Shown one piece after another: positions 11,872 to 22,573 of a DNA stretch of 64,000 nt. The first letter of the stretch is position 1. Every line of letters starts with the position of its first letter. The stretch is from Adineta vaga (taxonomy: Eukaryota > Animalia > Rotifera): the NCBI GenBank assembly GCA_021613535.1, contig CP075494.1:3534001-3598000 (forward strand), read 5' to 3'. The notes under the pieces are model-generated. The model was given only the letters and a program-made list of their open reading frames with translations. It was not told the origin of the DNA and did not search any database. The position numbers and the translations under genes are program-made.

Positions 11872-13335
11872 TTATTCAGAAATTAAATCAAATCGTTGAA
11901 TTCGATTATTTTTATGATTAGTAACATAAAGATTTCCTTCACAATCCAATGATAACGTAACGGGAGTATTCAATTGATCTGATGCATTTCCTTCTCCATT
12001 TCCACCAACAATTATTTCACCTTCCCTCTTTCCTTCACACCAGTGCATTATTCGATCATTTCCACTATCTGCCACATAAATTTGGTTAAATTCATCAACA
12101 ATTAATCCTATTGGATCAGACAATTGATTAAGATTATCTCCTTGATCATTTCCTCCGGCCACTATAATTCCTTGTCGGACATCTTTGTTCCATTTCATCA
12201 CACGATCATTTTCACAATCTGATACATAAATCGATTGTTCATTATCAACAAAGATAAAACAAGGAACATTTAGTTGATTAAGTTGATCACCTTGTCCATT
12301 TCCTCCAGCAACTACAATTCCTTCCTTACCTTGTTCTTCTACAATTTTCCATCTTCTTACTACATCCTCGTCAAAATCGCAAACATAAAGAAATCCATAT
12401 TTATCCATTCTTAATCCAGAACAGTTAATATCATCAATAAGAATTTCTTGTTGATTTTGATTCAATGACCATCGAATCACTCATTTATTCTCTGAATCAG
12501 CAATGATCAATGACTTATTTTTTTCATCAACAATTACATCTGTTGGCAAATTCAATTGATCAATTCTGCTTCCTTTTCTATTTTCACCTTTAACAATTTT
12601 TTCATGATTTTTCTTTGATTTTCGTTGAAAAATATAATGATTAATCCAATCCGGAATAAAATTATCTTTCTTTTTATCAATTGATATTTCTTGAGCAACA
12701 GTTGATTGGTCATCTTGATCATTTATACCAAGCTACTGTTACAGCATTTTGTTTCCATTTATTGCGATTGAATTCTAAATCAAATAAATATGATTTAATT
12801 TAATAAAATTTTTCAAAATACTTTTAGATATTTCAATTGAAATGTTTTTAATCAATGTTTCTGAATTTTCTTCGTTTAAATAAAATTTTAAAGGATTATT
12901 TGCTTCTTTTCTCATTAGAATTAATTGATTTTGTAAATAATTTAAATAAATTTCATTAAAATCATTTTCTCGTTGATTTTCTCGAATTTGTTCCATTAAA
13001 TTATCCAATTTCATTTCAATATTCTTCATAAAATCATTTGTCATATGAATTAATATTTTTCGACATTCTTCAGCTTTTTGTTGAATCAATTCAATTGAAT
13101 TTTTTTCCCATTGATCAATTTGATTCATCAATGAAATATAACATAAATTGTATTTTCGTTGATTGAGATCTTCTTTAAATTGATTACAATTATTACTAAT
13201 AGAATCGAAATCTTCTTTTAATGTTACTTCATGTTCAGTTAAATGAGTTCTACAAAATTCTTTTAAACATCCTTTACAAGTATATGTTATTGTATATTTA
13301 TTACAAATATCACAATGTGTTTTATCATTTACCAT
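11872..13335 (-). pseudogene. B-box-like Zn finger + coiled coil + NHL-repeat (TRIM-NHL-like) gene, disrupted
   Basis: CxxC..CxxC..CxxH N-terminus; intron about 12775-12821; KWKQNAVTVA followed by a frameshift near 12730; in-frame TGA at 12481-12483 (ENK*VIRW); NHL repeats VAGGNGQGDQLNQLNVP. Confidence 0.85.
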
Positions 13336-13824
13336 GGCTTTTTTTCTAAATAAAATTGAACAGACGTGTTATATAATATAGAAGATATCCATTTAGAAAG
13401 AAAACTTTGTATAGACTTACTAGATGAATTTGATTATATTGAAGAGTAGCTAAGGAAACAATTGCAATGTCTTCGAATGATATGATAAAATATGCAGCAG
13501 TATAAATATATATATATATATACTTACCGACATTTGTTTCATCGAATAAACAAACAATAGATGGGAAAATGAATCATTGATGTGTTACTCATTATAATGG
13601 TTGAGAAATAATACGATTGATTGATCTGTACATAATAACTATTGTTACATAAAAGGTATACTCATATACTGCATCACATCTACTTATTCGAGGCCATATT
13701 CATATTCATATCCATATCCTCGATAATAACATAAATCGAATGTCAATGAACATTATATGTGACTTTGAATTAGTTGATACATTTTTATTTGAAATCTAGA
13801 TTTTTAAAATTTAATTAAAAAAAC

Positions 13825-14140
13825 GTCGATCTTTTTCTGTTGCATTCATGATTATTTTTGTTATTTGATTTTCTTCGTTATTAGTAATATCATCTATTCG
13901 AAATATTGAATAAAGATTAAATAAAATTTCTTTTTCTTCTATTATATCTGAAAATATCAGCAAATAGAATTGCAATATTATAATCCATTGAATGATACTG
14001 AAACCTCAATGTTTTCTTTGATTTGATTTAATTGATAAATTGTCATATATTCTCACCACGATATATCTACCATTGAATTCCTGTTTTAGTTGTATAATTA
14101 TGTTTCAATTTCTCTTCGTTGTAAACTGTTTTTACCATAA
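13825..14140 (-). pseudogene. Collapsed ADP-ribosyltransferase-domain gene remnant
   Basis: Fragments IQW*IYRGE, NQIKENI, VSFNG and IEEKEILFNLYSIFRIDDITNNEENQITKIIMNATE parallel EEEVLMMLGSIFRLNNI...IIRMTL in 53463-55001. Confidence 0.55.
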
Positions 14141-14155
14141 AGCTTTAAACATTCA

Positions 14156-14198
14156 TTGAGGGTGCGTGTGCGGTAATCAATATACACCCACACCTTCA
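14156..14198. repeat. Telomere-like inverted element
   Basis: TTGAGGGTGCGTGTGCGGT-AATCAATAT-ACACCCACACCTTCA. Confidence 0.8.
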
Positions 14199-14263
14199 TC
14201 TCTTGTAAAATGTTATGATCTAAACTAAAACTGTGACGAATCATTTGATTTTATTATAAAATA

Positions 14264-14989
14264 CTAGATTTTGATAAGTTCATAGATATTAACGTCGATC
14301 TCATTGATTAGATCATCCGCTTTCGACTTGATATATCCTTGATTCTCTACCAAATCTAAACGCCATCCATTACTATGAGCCAATTCTGTTAAATGTTCGA
14401 AATTACCTAGCCATTTAGAAAATACGATAAATAGACGACCATTTTCTTTCAAATGTTTATGTGCTTCTTTAATGTAAATTTCAATAAGTTTATAGCCAGG
14501 ATCGAAGAGAGCGCGTTCAAGTGAATCGAGTTGTTCTAATGGTTTTTTAGTATCACCAAACGGTATATTCCAAAAAATAATATCAAATTGCTCGTTTTTA
14601 TTCAATGGTTCGAAAATACTGCCATGTAGTATTCGAATGCGATCATTCATATTGTATTTGTCAGTATTTGCTTGAATATTGGCTATTGCTTGTGATGTAA
14701 TATCCGTGGCAGTAACATGATTGGCACCATTGAGTGCAGAAAGTATGGAAATATATCCAGCGCCAGCACCAATTTCGAGTAAAGAATTCGGTTTAATTGT
14801 ACGCACAAGACTAATCCATGTATCAACAATTCTATGAGTAGATACAAATACTTCAGGATTGTAAACATCTGGATAAATGATGAATTGATAACCACCTTGT
14901 GTTGTTGTATAGTTTTCCTTGTAAGTATATGCTTCTTCAAGTTTCGCTCGAGTCGAATCTTCAGGAGTGCAGTTTGTTTCGTTTATCAT
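14264..14989 (-). CDS. Class I SAM-dependent methyltransferase, HemK/PrmC-like, intronless
   Basis: Motif I LLEIGAGAG; VTATDI; FDIIFWNIPF (NPPY-like); LKENGRLFI; first ATG at 14989 with TATATA about 25 nt upstream. Confidence 0.85.
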   Translation of the reverse strand: MINETNCTPEDSTRAKLEEAYTYKENYTTTQGGYQFIIYPDVYNPEVFVSTHRIVDTWISLVRTIKPNSLLEIGAGAGYISILSALNGANHVTATDITSQAIANIQANTDKYNMNDRIRILHGSIFEPLNKNEQFDIIFWNIPFGDTKKPLEQLDSLERALFDPGYKLIEIYIKEAHKHLKENGRLFIVFSKWLGNFEHLTELAHSNGWRLDLVENQGYIKSKADDLINEIDVNIYELIKI

Positions 14990-15355
14990 TTTTAGGAAAT
15001 TTGTCGACCTCAATATATAATAGAAGACACTTATTCTATGTTCTCTCTCCTATATTATGTGTTCGTTATGAAAGAAAAGGGACAATTGTGAGTGTGCAGA
15101 TGATACAAGACATCATCGTGCCTAAAAGCATAGATAGCTACTCTCACAACTCATCTGAGGCAAGATACCCCTCTTTTATATCATCAACAAATACAAGCTT
15201 GCTGGTCTTTGATAACAAAGAACAAAGAAAAACAAAACACATGACGACTCTGTGCTAGGTGACTATCGTTTCATGTGATCTCTTCATGTTACAACTTGTA
15301 ACTATTACATTATGGTAGCGGTCAACTTGAATAGCCTAGTTAAATACAACTTTTC

Positions 15356-15405
15356 GAGAGGAAGGGTGAATAGAGACACTGACTTGCAGCCACACCCACC
15401 CTTCA
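15356..15405. repeat. Telomere-like inverted element
   Basis: GAGAGGAAGGGTGA-spacer-CCACACCCACCCTTCA. Confidence 0.65.
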
Positions 15406-15543
15406 GAATAATTAATTATTTCACTTTTAATTTAATCTAGAATAAATATATGACAATGCTATCTTGAACATCGGCGGAAGATATATAATCATCCACAGTC
15501 AAGTTTATAAGTCAAATAAAAAATCTCACACCAATACAAAGAT

Positions 15544-18303
15544 TCAAGTCTGAGAAGGAGAAACAATGAACAACTCTGTTTCTTCAGGAATTGTCTCATT
15601 GACATGTTTATGTTTTGTGCCATCGTTTTCAAGTATCTTTTGTTTCGGCGAACAAAAACAAGAAACTTGAGAGAAAGATATCAATAGTGATCGATCAATT
15701 TCCAATTTTGAATTTTCTAAATTTTATCAAAAAATAATCAATTTTGGTTATTCTTTCCTACATACTCCATATCATTGAACATATTAAACCGATTATGATC
15801 GTCAACATTACTCCATTAAATGCATACCACATGAATGAAATGGAATATAACGGTAAAAAGAAATTCCTATCAATATTGGTTCTAAACAAAACAATAAAAT
15901 CACTGTTACATAATATAAAAGACATTTTAATACTCTATATTCATTAAATTGATTGTAACGTTAGTGGAAGCAGATGATATACATCCATCAATAGATATTG
16001 GTAAAATTCGTTTTGATTGTTGATGACGTGTAAAATTAGCACCGACAAGAACCCAAATTTGAAATAGAAGAGTGGTCAAAAATGCGACCAGAGCACTCTA
16101 GAAAGTTAATACTGGTATTAAGAATAAAAGAAAACAGTAAAAACTACCCGACTATTGACACGAGGAAAGAAAAAACCCAAGAGAAAAACACCGAAGATTG
16201 GTGCGGCTAAAGCACCCATGATAGAATAGGCAATCTAAAATAAAGATTTCATATAATTTATATCTGCTTATACTCGAAGGAAAATTATCATTGAACTTAC
16301 AACAAGAATATTTGTCAAATAGGACATAAGGAAAGCAAATAGCATCGTCAATAGACCTAAGACAATAGCTAAAAATAAAAGAAGTTATAGAAACAACCGA
16401 TTATATTATCTCGTACAAATATATTTAGAAATTTTCGCTTGTTTTTCATCAGTTACTAATTTATTTGTCATCAAAGGCTTCCAAATATCTTCGATAGTAA
16501 CTGCACTGATACTATTGACACCAGATGATATAGTACTAAAATTGATTCGTTAACATAAATAATAGAAATCTACGAATCTACCTCAAAGAACCACTCATCA
16601 CAGAAGCAATAAAAAGTCCTGTTAAACCAGGAAGTCGATTGAATGTTTCCAAAACAAATAATGGATACAACTATATAGATTATAAAAATGAAATAAATTC
16701 ATAGAAGAATATCTAACTTTACTTGATCCGATCGAGAAACAATTTTAATTGTTAATGGATCACAATGATGATATTTTGTGTAAATTAAAAGACCAACTAT
16801 ACCACACAAAATAATTAATAGAATACACAAAGAATTGTTTAACCATGTAGCTCTATAAATATTAATTGTAAGTAAACGATTCACTTCATATTTTAAATTT
16901 TACTTTTGTGCTTCTCGTGTGCTTTTGACACACATGTATCGTTGTGTTTGTGTTTGTAAAATAGAAGAACATGCTGTAGCATAGCATGTACCACCAATTA
17001 GAACTGATCAAATCGTATATCGTACATTTGGATCAAAATTTATACTGTTGAATTAGATTATTTTAAACGGCTAAGATGAAAGAAGAATATATATATTTAC
17101 TCGGAGAAATTGATACGTTGACCAATAATAACAGTTTCAACCACTTTTTTCACTCCACCAGCATCGATGAAACCTTTTGCAAATCATATCATTATAGTCA
17201 AGATCTACGAGTAATTAATAATTTACTTTACCAAAGACAATAGAGAGAATAACACCGACAAATATAACAAATGATTGTGCTACATCAGTCCAAATTACTG
17301 CTTTCATTCCTCCCTTCAAAAAAGAAAGTGAATAATTTTACAAATCTATATATATATATATATGAAATACAACATACAATACTCGTATAAAATGTACAAA
17401 TTACACCACATGAAATGATAGCAAGCCAAACTATAAAACAAATTAGTGACTATTTTATCGTGATATATTCTTCTTACTATGTAGTCCAGTTACTTGACTT
17501 AATGCTAAACATGGTCCATACAAAATGACCGACATGAAAAGGATCTATATCATCAATAGGATAAATGTTGGTAATCATTTGTTACTTACACAAGTAATAA
17601 TAAATGTCAAAGTAACACTGATACGTAACGCTAATGAGAATCGTTTTTCCAAATACTAAAAATTTATCAACGATGAATTATTCGATTGAAGAATGATATT
17701 TCTATACTGTATAAATACTAATAAAGCCGAGTTCTCGAAATTTAGGAATAAATATATGAGATGTCAGAAACGATGCAATCAGCCATGAAAATACTAATGA
17801 AGATATATATATATATACTGATTTCGTTAAATAATAATAATAGAATTTCTATACGCAACAAAGTAAAGATACATGGTACCATCTAAAAGACAAAAGAGAA
17901 TTAATTTTAATTGTATGAATCTAAGTAATTAATCTAATTACAATAATAGATTTCAACAGGAATACCAAGTATTGTTGATGCAGAACAAAGAGTAGCAAAT
18001 AAACTCATAGCAGTTGGTAACATCTTAAACCAAGAGAATATTAATCAGTAATGAAGTATCTCAATGTGGAAAAAATCTTACGCCCATTTTTCCACCTGCC
18101 ATTAAAAAATCTTTGGTCGTCATCTCCTTCGTATTAAAACAGCCATGTCAAACACCAATAATTGCTGATAATCCTAATGAAAAAATCATCGATCTGTTTG
18201 AATCAAGAACGTACCTTCATATACATTAAACTTGTTACTCACCGAGAAAAAAAATGAGTACAGTATAATCAACCCAACTAAGAGCAAGACTATTTAACAC
18301 CAT
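15544..18303 (-). pseudogene. SLC5 sodium:solute symporter (SMCT/SLC5A8-like), many short introns, at least two in-frame TGA
   Basis: Exons MVLNSLALSWVDYTVLIFFL, DFLMAGGKMG, LPTAMSLFAT, LEKRFS, LYGPCLALSQVTG, GMKAVIWTDVAQ, FDPNVRYTI*SVLIGG, QRYMCVKS, LPGLTGLFIASVMSGSL, ISSGVNSISAVTIED; TGA at 18148-18150 and 17008-17010. Confidence 0.85.
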
Positions 18304-18580
18304 TTTTGTGCTTTATTGTTTATGTCAGCAATTATATTTATAGCTGTAAAATGATTTTATCAATCGTACAGTCGTATATTAGAAATATCTTTCTTTTATT
18401 TTATTTGACTCAGAGTAAATACAATTGGAAGTAGAGAAGAGAACAGTATTGGTTTAGTGTCACAATTTAAATGGGTTTTGACTCATGTCACAACTAACAA
18501 TGTAGGAATGAACTTGAAATGGAAAAGGATAGATTTAAGAGGAACCAGACCGTTGATGTGCTGATTTCTGATCGTCTATC

Positions 18581-18631
18581 TTGCGGATGGGCGTGGGTGA
18601 AGAAAAGAGTATTACACACACCCACCCCTCC
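18581..18631. repeat. Telomere-like inverted element
   Basis: TTGCGGATGGGCGTGGGTGA-AGAAAAGAGTATT-ACACACACCCACCCCTCC. Confidence 0.75.
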
Positions 18632-18701
18632 TTATACGGTTGCAGAAGTTCCACCTCCAGCTTATCCAGGTGTTACACCAAAACCATATGAAAATGCATA
18701 A
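18626..18701 (+). pseudogene. Orphan C-terminal exon fragment with PY-type motifs
   Basis: PPYTVAEVPPPAYPGVTPKPYENA* followed by AT-rich 3'UTR-like sequence; no upstream exons found. Confidence 0.45.
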
Positions 18702-18988
18702 GCTTTCTATCATTACATTCTTTTGCTTACTGATCGAGGATATAAACTCATCGATTCGTTTTTTTCTTAATTTATGCATGTTCGAAATCAAATGTATACT
18801 TTTAGAGAGAAAAAAACAAATCTATTTCGTACATGTTGATTTAATCAAAGTAATTGTTTTCAACCTACAATGTAAATCTAATCTTTGATAATAACGTATA
18901 AATTGAGTCATAATATTAGCAAAAGAAAACCAACAATGATTATCATTGCATAAAAGTATTTAATTCATCCTCAATCTTTAAAATACAT

Positions 18989-20431
18989 ATGGCTCGATTG
19001 CGACATTTCGATCGTAGTCTTCATCTTCGGACTAAAAAGATTTTTTCTAGCAAATCGAATCGTGCATGCTTAATGTGGGCAAAACTTGCTCTATCTGCAT
19101 CCGTTCCTATGATGATTGCAATATTCACTATTGTTTCATACATTCAACAAATGACAATCAATGAAATTAATCGTCAAAAAGATGAAGATTTAGCAAATGC
19201 TACTCGTCAAAAAGATTTATCCATTGCTACTTTAAATCGTCTACAAGATCAAATGATTGCAAATATCACTCGCTATCATGATTTGGCAATTGCGAATTTA
19301 ACTCAAATCAAAGATTGGGAAATTGCGATGGCTAATCTTAACATTGCCAATGAAACAAAGATTCAAGATCGTCAAATCGCCGAAGATAATCGAAAGGAAG
19401 ATCGAGCACAACAACAAGATCTTCATTATGAAGGTTTGTATTCGAAATATATTGATGACATTTCTGCTATTCTATACAAACAACCGTATAATCAAAGTAT
19501 TTTTACGAGTGAAGAAGCAAAGATGCTTTACATTCGTCGAAAAACGTTAATTACCTTACGATCGGTCGATAGTGAACGACGAAGTCTCTTATTTGTTTTT
19601 CTTTATGAAAATAATTTATTACCGGATCGATTCTCTTCAAATAGCACGATTTCATTAGTTGGTGCTGATCTTCGAGACGTAAATATTAGCAGTCCATTGA
19701 CAGGATCGTATGAATTTAATTCTTTGTCGTTACAATCTTTGAATATGATCAATGCCGTATTTGTTGATTGTCGATTTCATGGAGAGACGAATTTTAGTGG
19801 ATCGATTATGAATAATGTTCAGTTTATTAGTGTGGTTTTCGAAGATAGTTTAACATTTTATAAAGTGAAATTGATCAATGCATCTTTTACCAATTGTATT
19901 TTTAAAAATAAAGTCAACTTTGATGATTCCGATTTGAGTTCGATACAATTTGTTCGATCAAAATTTGATCAATTATCTGCCATGTCAATTAATTGTACCA
20001 ATGGATCATTTCATTATTGTCAATTTACGGGTAAAACAAATTTTACTCGTTCGGTAATGAATAAAATTACTTTTGCTTATTCTGAATTCGCAACGAATGT
20101 CGAACATCAATTCAATAAAGTCTCTTTGGACTATGCCGATTTTCATAACATATCATTAACGAATTTTGTATTTCAAAATTCCAATTTATCTTATGCCGAT
20201 TTTCGTAATACATATTTACGTAACGTTCACTTTACATCGAGAACATTATTGATGAATTCCAGTTTTCATCAGGCGAATTTCAATCAAGTGAAATTTACAC
20301 GTATGAATCTCGTCGGTTCAATGATCGATTCGAAACAATTACAAAATTCAGAATTTGTTAATGTTGTTCTACCCGATGGTAATTGGGCCATCAATCGCGA
20401 TAATCTATTGAGAAATGAAAATGCTCAATAA
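18989..20431 (+). CDS. Single-TM pentapeptide-repeat protein with 11-residue coiled-coil repeats, intronless, possibly C-terminally truncated
   Basis: TM ALSASVPMMIAIFTIV; IANxxRxxDxx repeats; LVGADLRDV, LDYADFHNISL, LSYADFRNTYLRNVHF; ends VLPDG..NLLRNENAQ*. Confidence 0.8.
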   Translation: MARLRHFDRSLHLRTKKIFSSKSNRACLMWAKLALSASVPMMIAIFTIVSYIQQMTINEINRQKDEDLANATRQKDLSIATLNRLQDQMIANITRYHDLAIANLTQIKDWEIAMANLNIANETKIQDRQIAEDNRKEDRAQQQDLHYEGLYSKYIDDISAILYKQPYNQSIFTSEEAKMLYIRRKTLITLRSVDSERRSLLFVFLYENNLLPDRFSSNSTISLVGADLRDVNISSPLTGSYEFNSLSLQSLNMINAVFVDCRFHGETNFSGSIMNNVQFISVVFEDSLTFYKVKLINASFTNCIFKNKVNFDDSDLSSIQFVRSKFDQLSAMSINCTNGSFHYCQFTGKTNFTRSVMNKITFAYSEFATNVEHQFNKVSLDYADFHNISLTNFVFQNSNLSYADFRNTYLRNVHFTSRTLLMNSSFHQANFNQVKFTRMNLVGSMIDSKQLQNSEFVNVVLPDGNWAINRDNLLRNENAQ

Positions 20432-20724
20432 GGTTGAGAATATTTGAGTATATCATATAGACATGAGATGTACACAGAGGAAACAGATATTCACTATGTC
20501 AATAGGTAAAAGAGATTTTTGATTTTTTCTTTTCATTTGTGAGAATGTTTATTACTGTGGTCTTATTTACATTCTTACATATAGAAACATTGAAATCTTT
20601 GAAAATAAATTTTGTTCTTCTGTGTAAATTTATGATTATAATTAATTTATTTTTCTTCTATAAAAATATGAGTATTACTATTCAGAACTACGAATGAATA
20701 TTTATCTGAATCTTGTCTTTAGGA

Positions 20725-20737
20725 TGAGGGTGTGAGT
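20725..20737. repeat. Left arm of a telomere-like element between convergent gene ends
   Basis: TGAGGGTGTGAGT; right arm not convincing. Confidence 0.45.
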
Positions 20738-20941
20738 ATAAATGTAAATGTAGTTTTTAACAGCCTTTACTTATATTAGATATCAATCTATTGAAACCTC
20801 ACTGTAATTCTGCTATATTGTGTAAATAATTGTTATCTTGGAGGATGTCGTTTGGAACGAATATAAAGAAAAGATTCACATATTTTTATTATAGTTTAAT
20901 TATTTAAATTGACAAAAATGTTTTTAACGAATATTTCATAA

Positions 20942-21823
20942 TCATCTGGAAGGCGTTGTTAAATGTTCAATTTTCCATTGTTCAATAAATGCTAATGTAT
21001 GTTTTCGTTCAATTAACATAGTAAAAATTTGTAAAATAGCACATACAATTGTCGTTATACAGAATGTAATCTGTCCCCATATATAAATCGTATTTACTGA
21101 CAAATTTGACATTACAAGAGCAAATCGAATAATAAAATCGATGGAAAAAGCTACTGCCCAAACAACTGTCATAAAATAACACGAAGTACGAAACGATGAA
21201 CAGTGTTGATAAAGCCATGAATAGACTTGAGATGCTTCTCTCATTTGAGATATTTCTTGTTTTCTCATATTATCATTAAGCTCTGTAAGTTCTGTATATT
21301 GATTGTTATTGAATAGACTATCAGGTAATCCAAATTCTGTTCGCTTTACTGGTATTAAATCATGATAAAAATAATAGACTAATGGATGCCATTGACATTT
21401 ATTTGAACAACAATAATGTGATGGAATCAATGTAATTGCAAATGCCACTGCTCCTACACCAGTAATCAATGATTTTTCGAATAAAAGAATCAAAGGATTG
21501 TTTAATAATACTGCAATCATAGCTGAAATAAAAAAAGCAACACAAACAACAAGACCGATTGCATCTAACGAACGTTCCCATAGAGCTTTGCAAATAACCA
21601 TTAGAAAAGGAGGAGTTCCAGCTATTAAAAGAGCATAAACAGGTTTTATACGATGTTCAAGAATAAAATAAATTAAAAGTGGAATAAACATATCAATAGT
21701 TGCAGTTATAAATATACGAGGAATATGATGTTTAAATGTATTCCATGTTGAGATTTTTATTTTTGAAGGTAATTCTTGTTGTGAAGAAGATTCAGAAGCA
21801 ATAAGTTCATTAGTTGAAGTCAT
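20942..21823 (-). CDS. VC0807-family multi-pass membrane protein, intronless
   Basis: 293-aa ORF, about 6 TM; IDMFIPLLIYFIL, VYALLIAGTPP, LLFEKSLITG, FRTSCYFMTVVWAV. Confidence 0.65.
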   Translation of the reverse strand: MTSTNELIASESSSQQELPSKIKISTWNTFKHHIPRIFITATIDMFIPLLIYFILEHRIKPVYALLIAGTPPFLMVICKALWERSLDAIGLVVCVAFFISAMIAVLLNNPLILLFEKSLITGVGAVAFAITLIPSHYCCSNKCQWHPLVYYFYHDLIPVKRTEFGLPDSLFNNNQYTELTELNDNMRKQEISQMREASQVYSWLYQHCSSFRTSCYFMTVVWAVAFSIDFIIRFALVMSNLSVNTIYIWGQITFCITTIVCAILQIFTMLIERKHTLAFIEQWKIEHLTTPSR

Positions 21824-22025
21824 TGGATATTTATTTCATGCGTCGGTATTATACAGGTGCTTGTGCAAATTTGTTATTATCATATAGTGAATGTATGGAT
21901 TCTTCACTATTTTCATTCTCTACATGTCGTAGTCAATGATAAAAACCATTGAAGCATGAAAATATCATATATTTACTTTTTTTTCAGCATAGAAAGTAAC
22001 GCTAGTAGTCACATAGAGAATGTTC

Positions 22026-22080
22026 TGAAGAATGTGAATGTGGATGAAGCTTTAAAGGAGATACCCACATCCACCCTCAT
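22026..22080. repeat. Telomere-like inverted element
   Basis: TGAAGAATGTGAATGTGGATGA-spacer-ACCCACATCCACCCTCAT. Confidence 0.7.
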
Positions 22081-22573
22081 CAATTGCTTTTGTACCTTTT
22101 CAAAACTTTGACTAAAAGAATCTCCGAAAAGAAGAAAGTTGATTTCATTTATCAGGATTCTTTCATAGAATTATTTTTCATTATAAATAAGTATCAGATA
22201 CTTATGATATGTTCTATTTGTTTTGAAAGATTTCATATGCGATGTATATTGATGTTTATTTTTAATTAATATTGTATTAATGAAGGAGAAAAAAAACTCC
22301 TTCTCATTCTGAAACTATTGCTTATTGCGTCTCTACATCTATCAATCATATTCATGATTAAAATTCGAAAAAATGAATAATAAATTACTTTTTCTTTTCA
22401 TATTCAATAGAGAATCATTTGCATATAGAAATTATAAGTTTAACGAAAGATAAAGTAACTTGTGATTTATTTCAGTAGTTCAAACACAAAAGAAAAGTAT
22501 GTAGAAATATCATAAACATATAACAAATGCATAGACTTTCAAGAAATTGTATATTTCAACAGATGGAATAGAT

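Noticed and set aside
14264-14989. Bdelloid N4CMT DNA methyltransferase
   Set aside because: No SPPY motif, no chromodomain, and the motif order is HemK-like.
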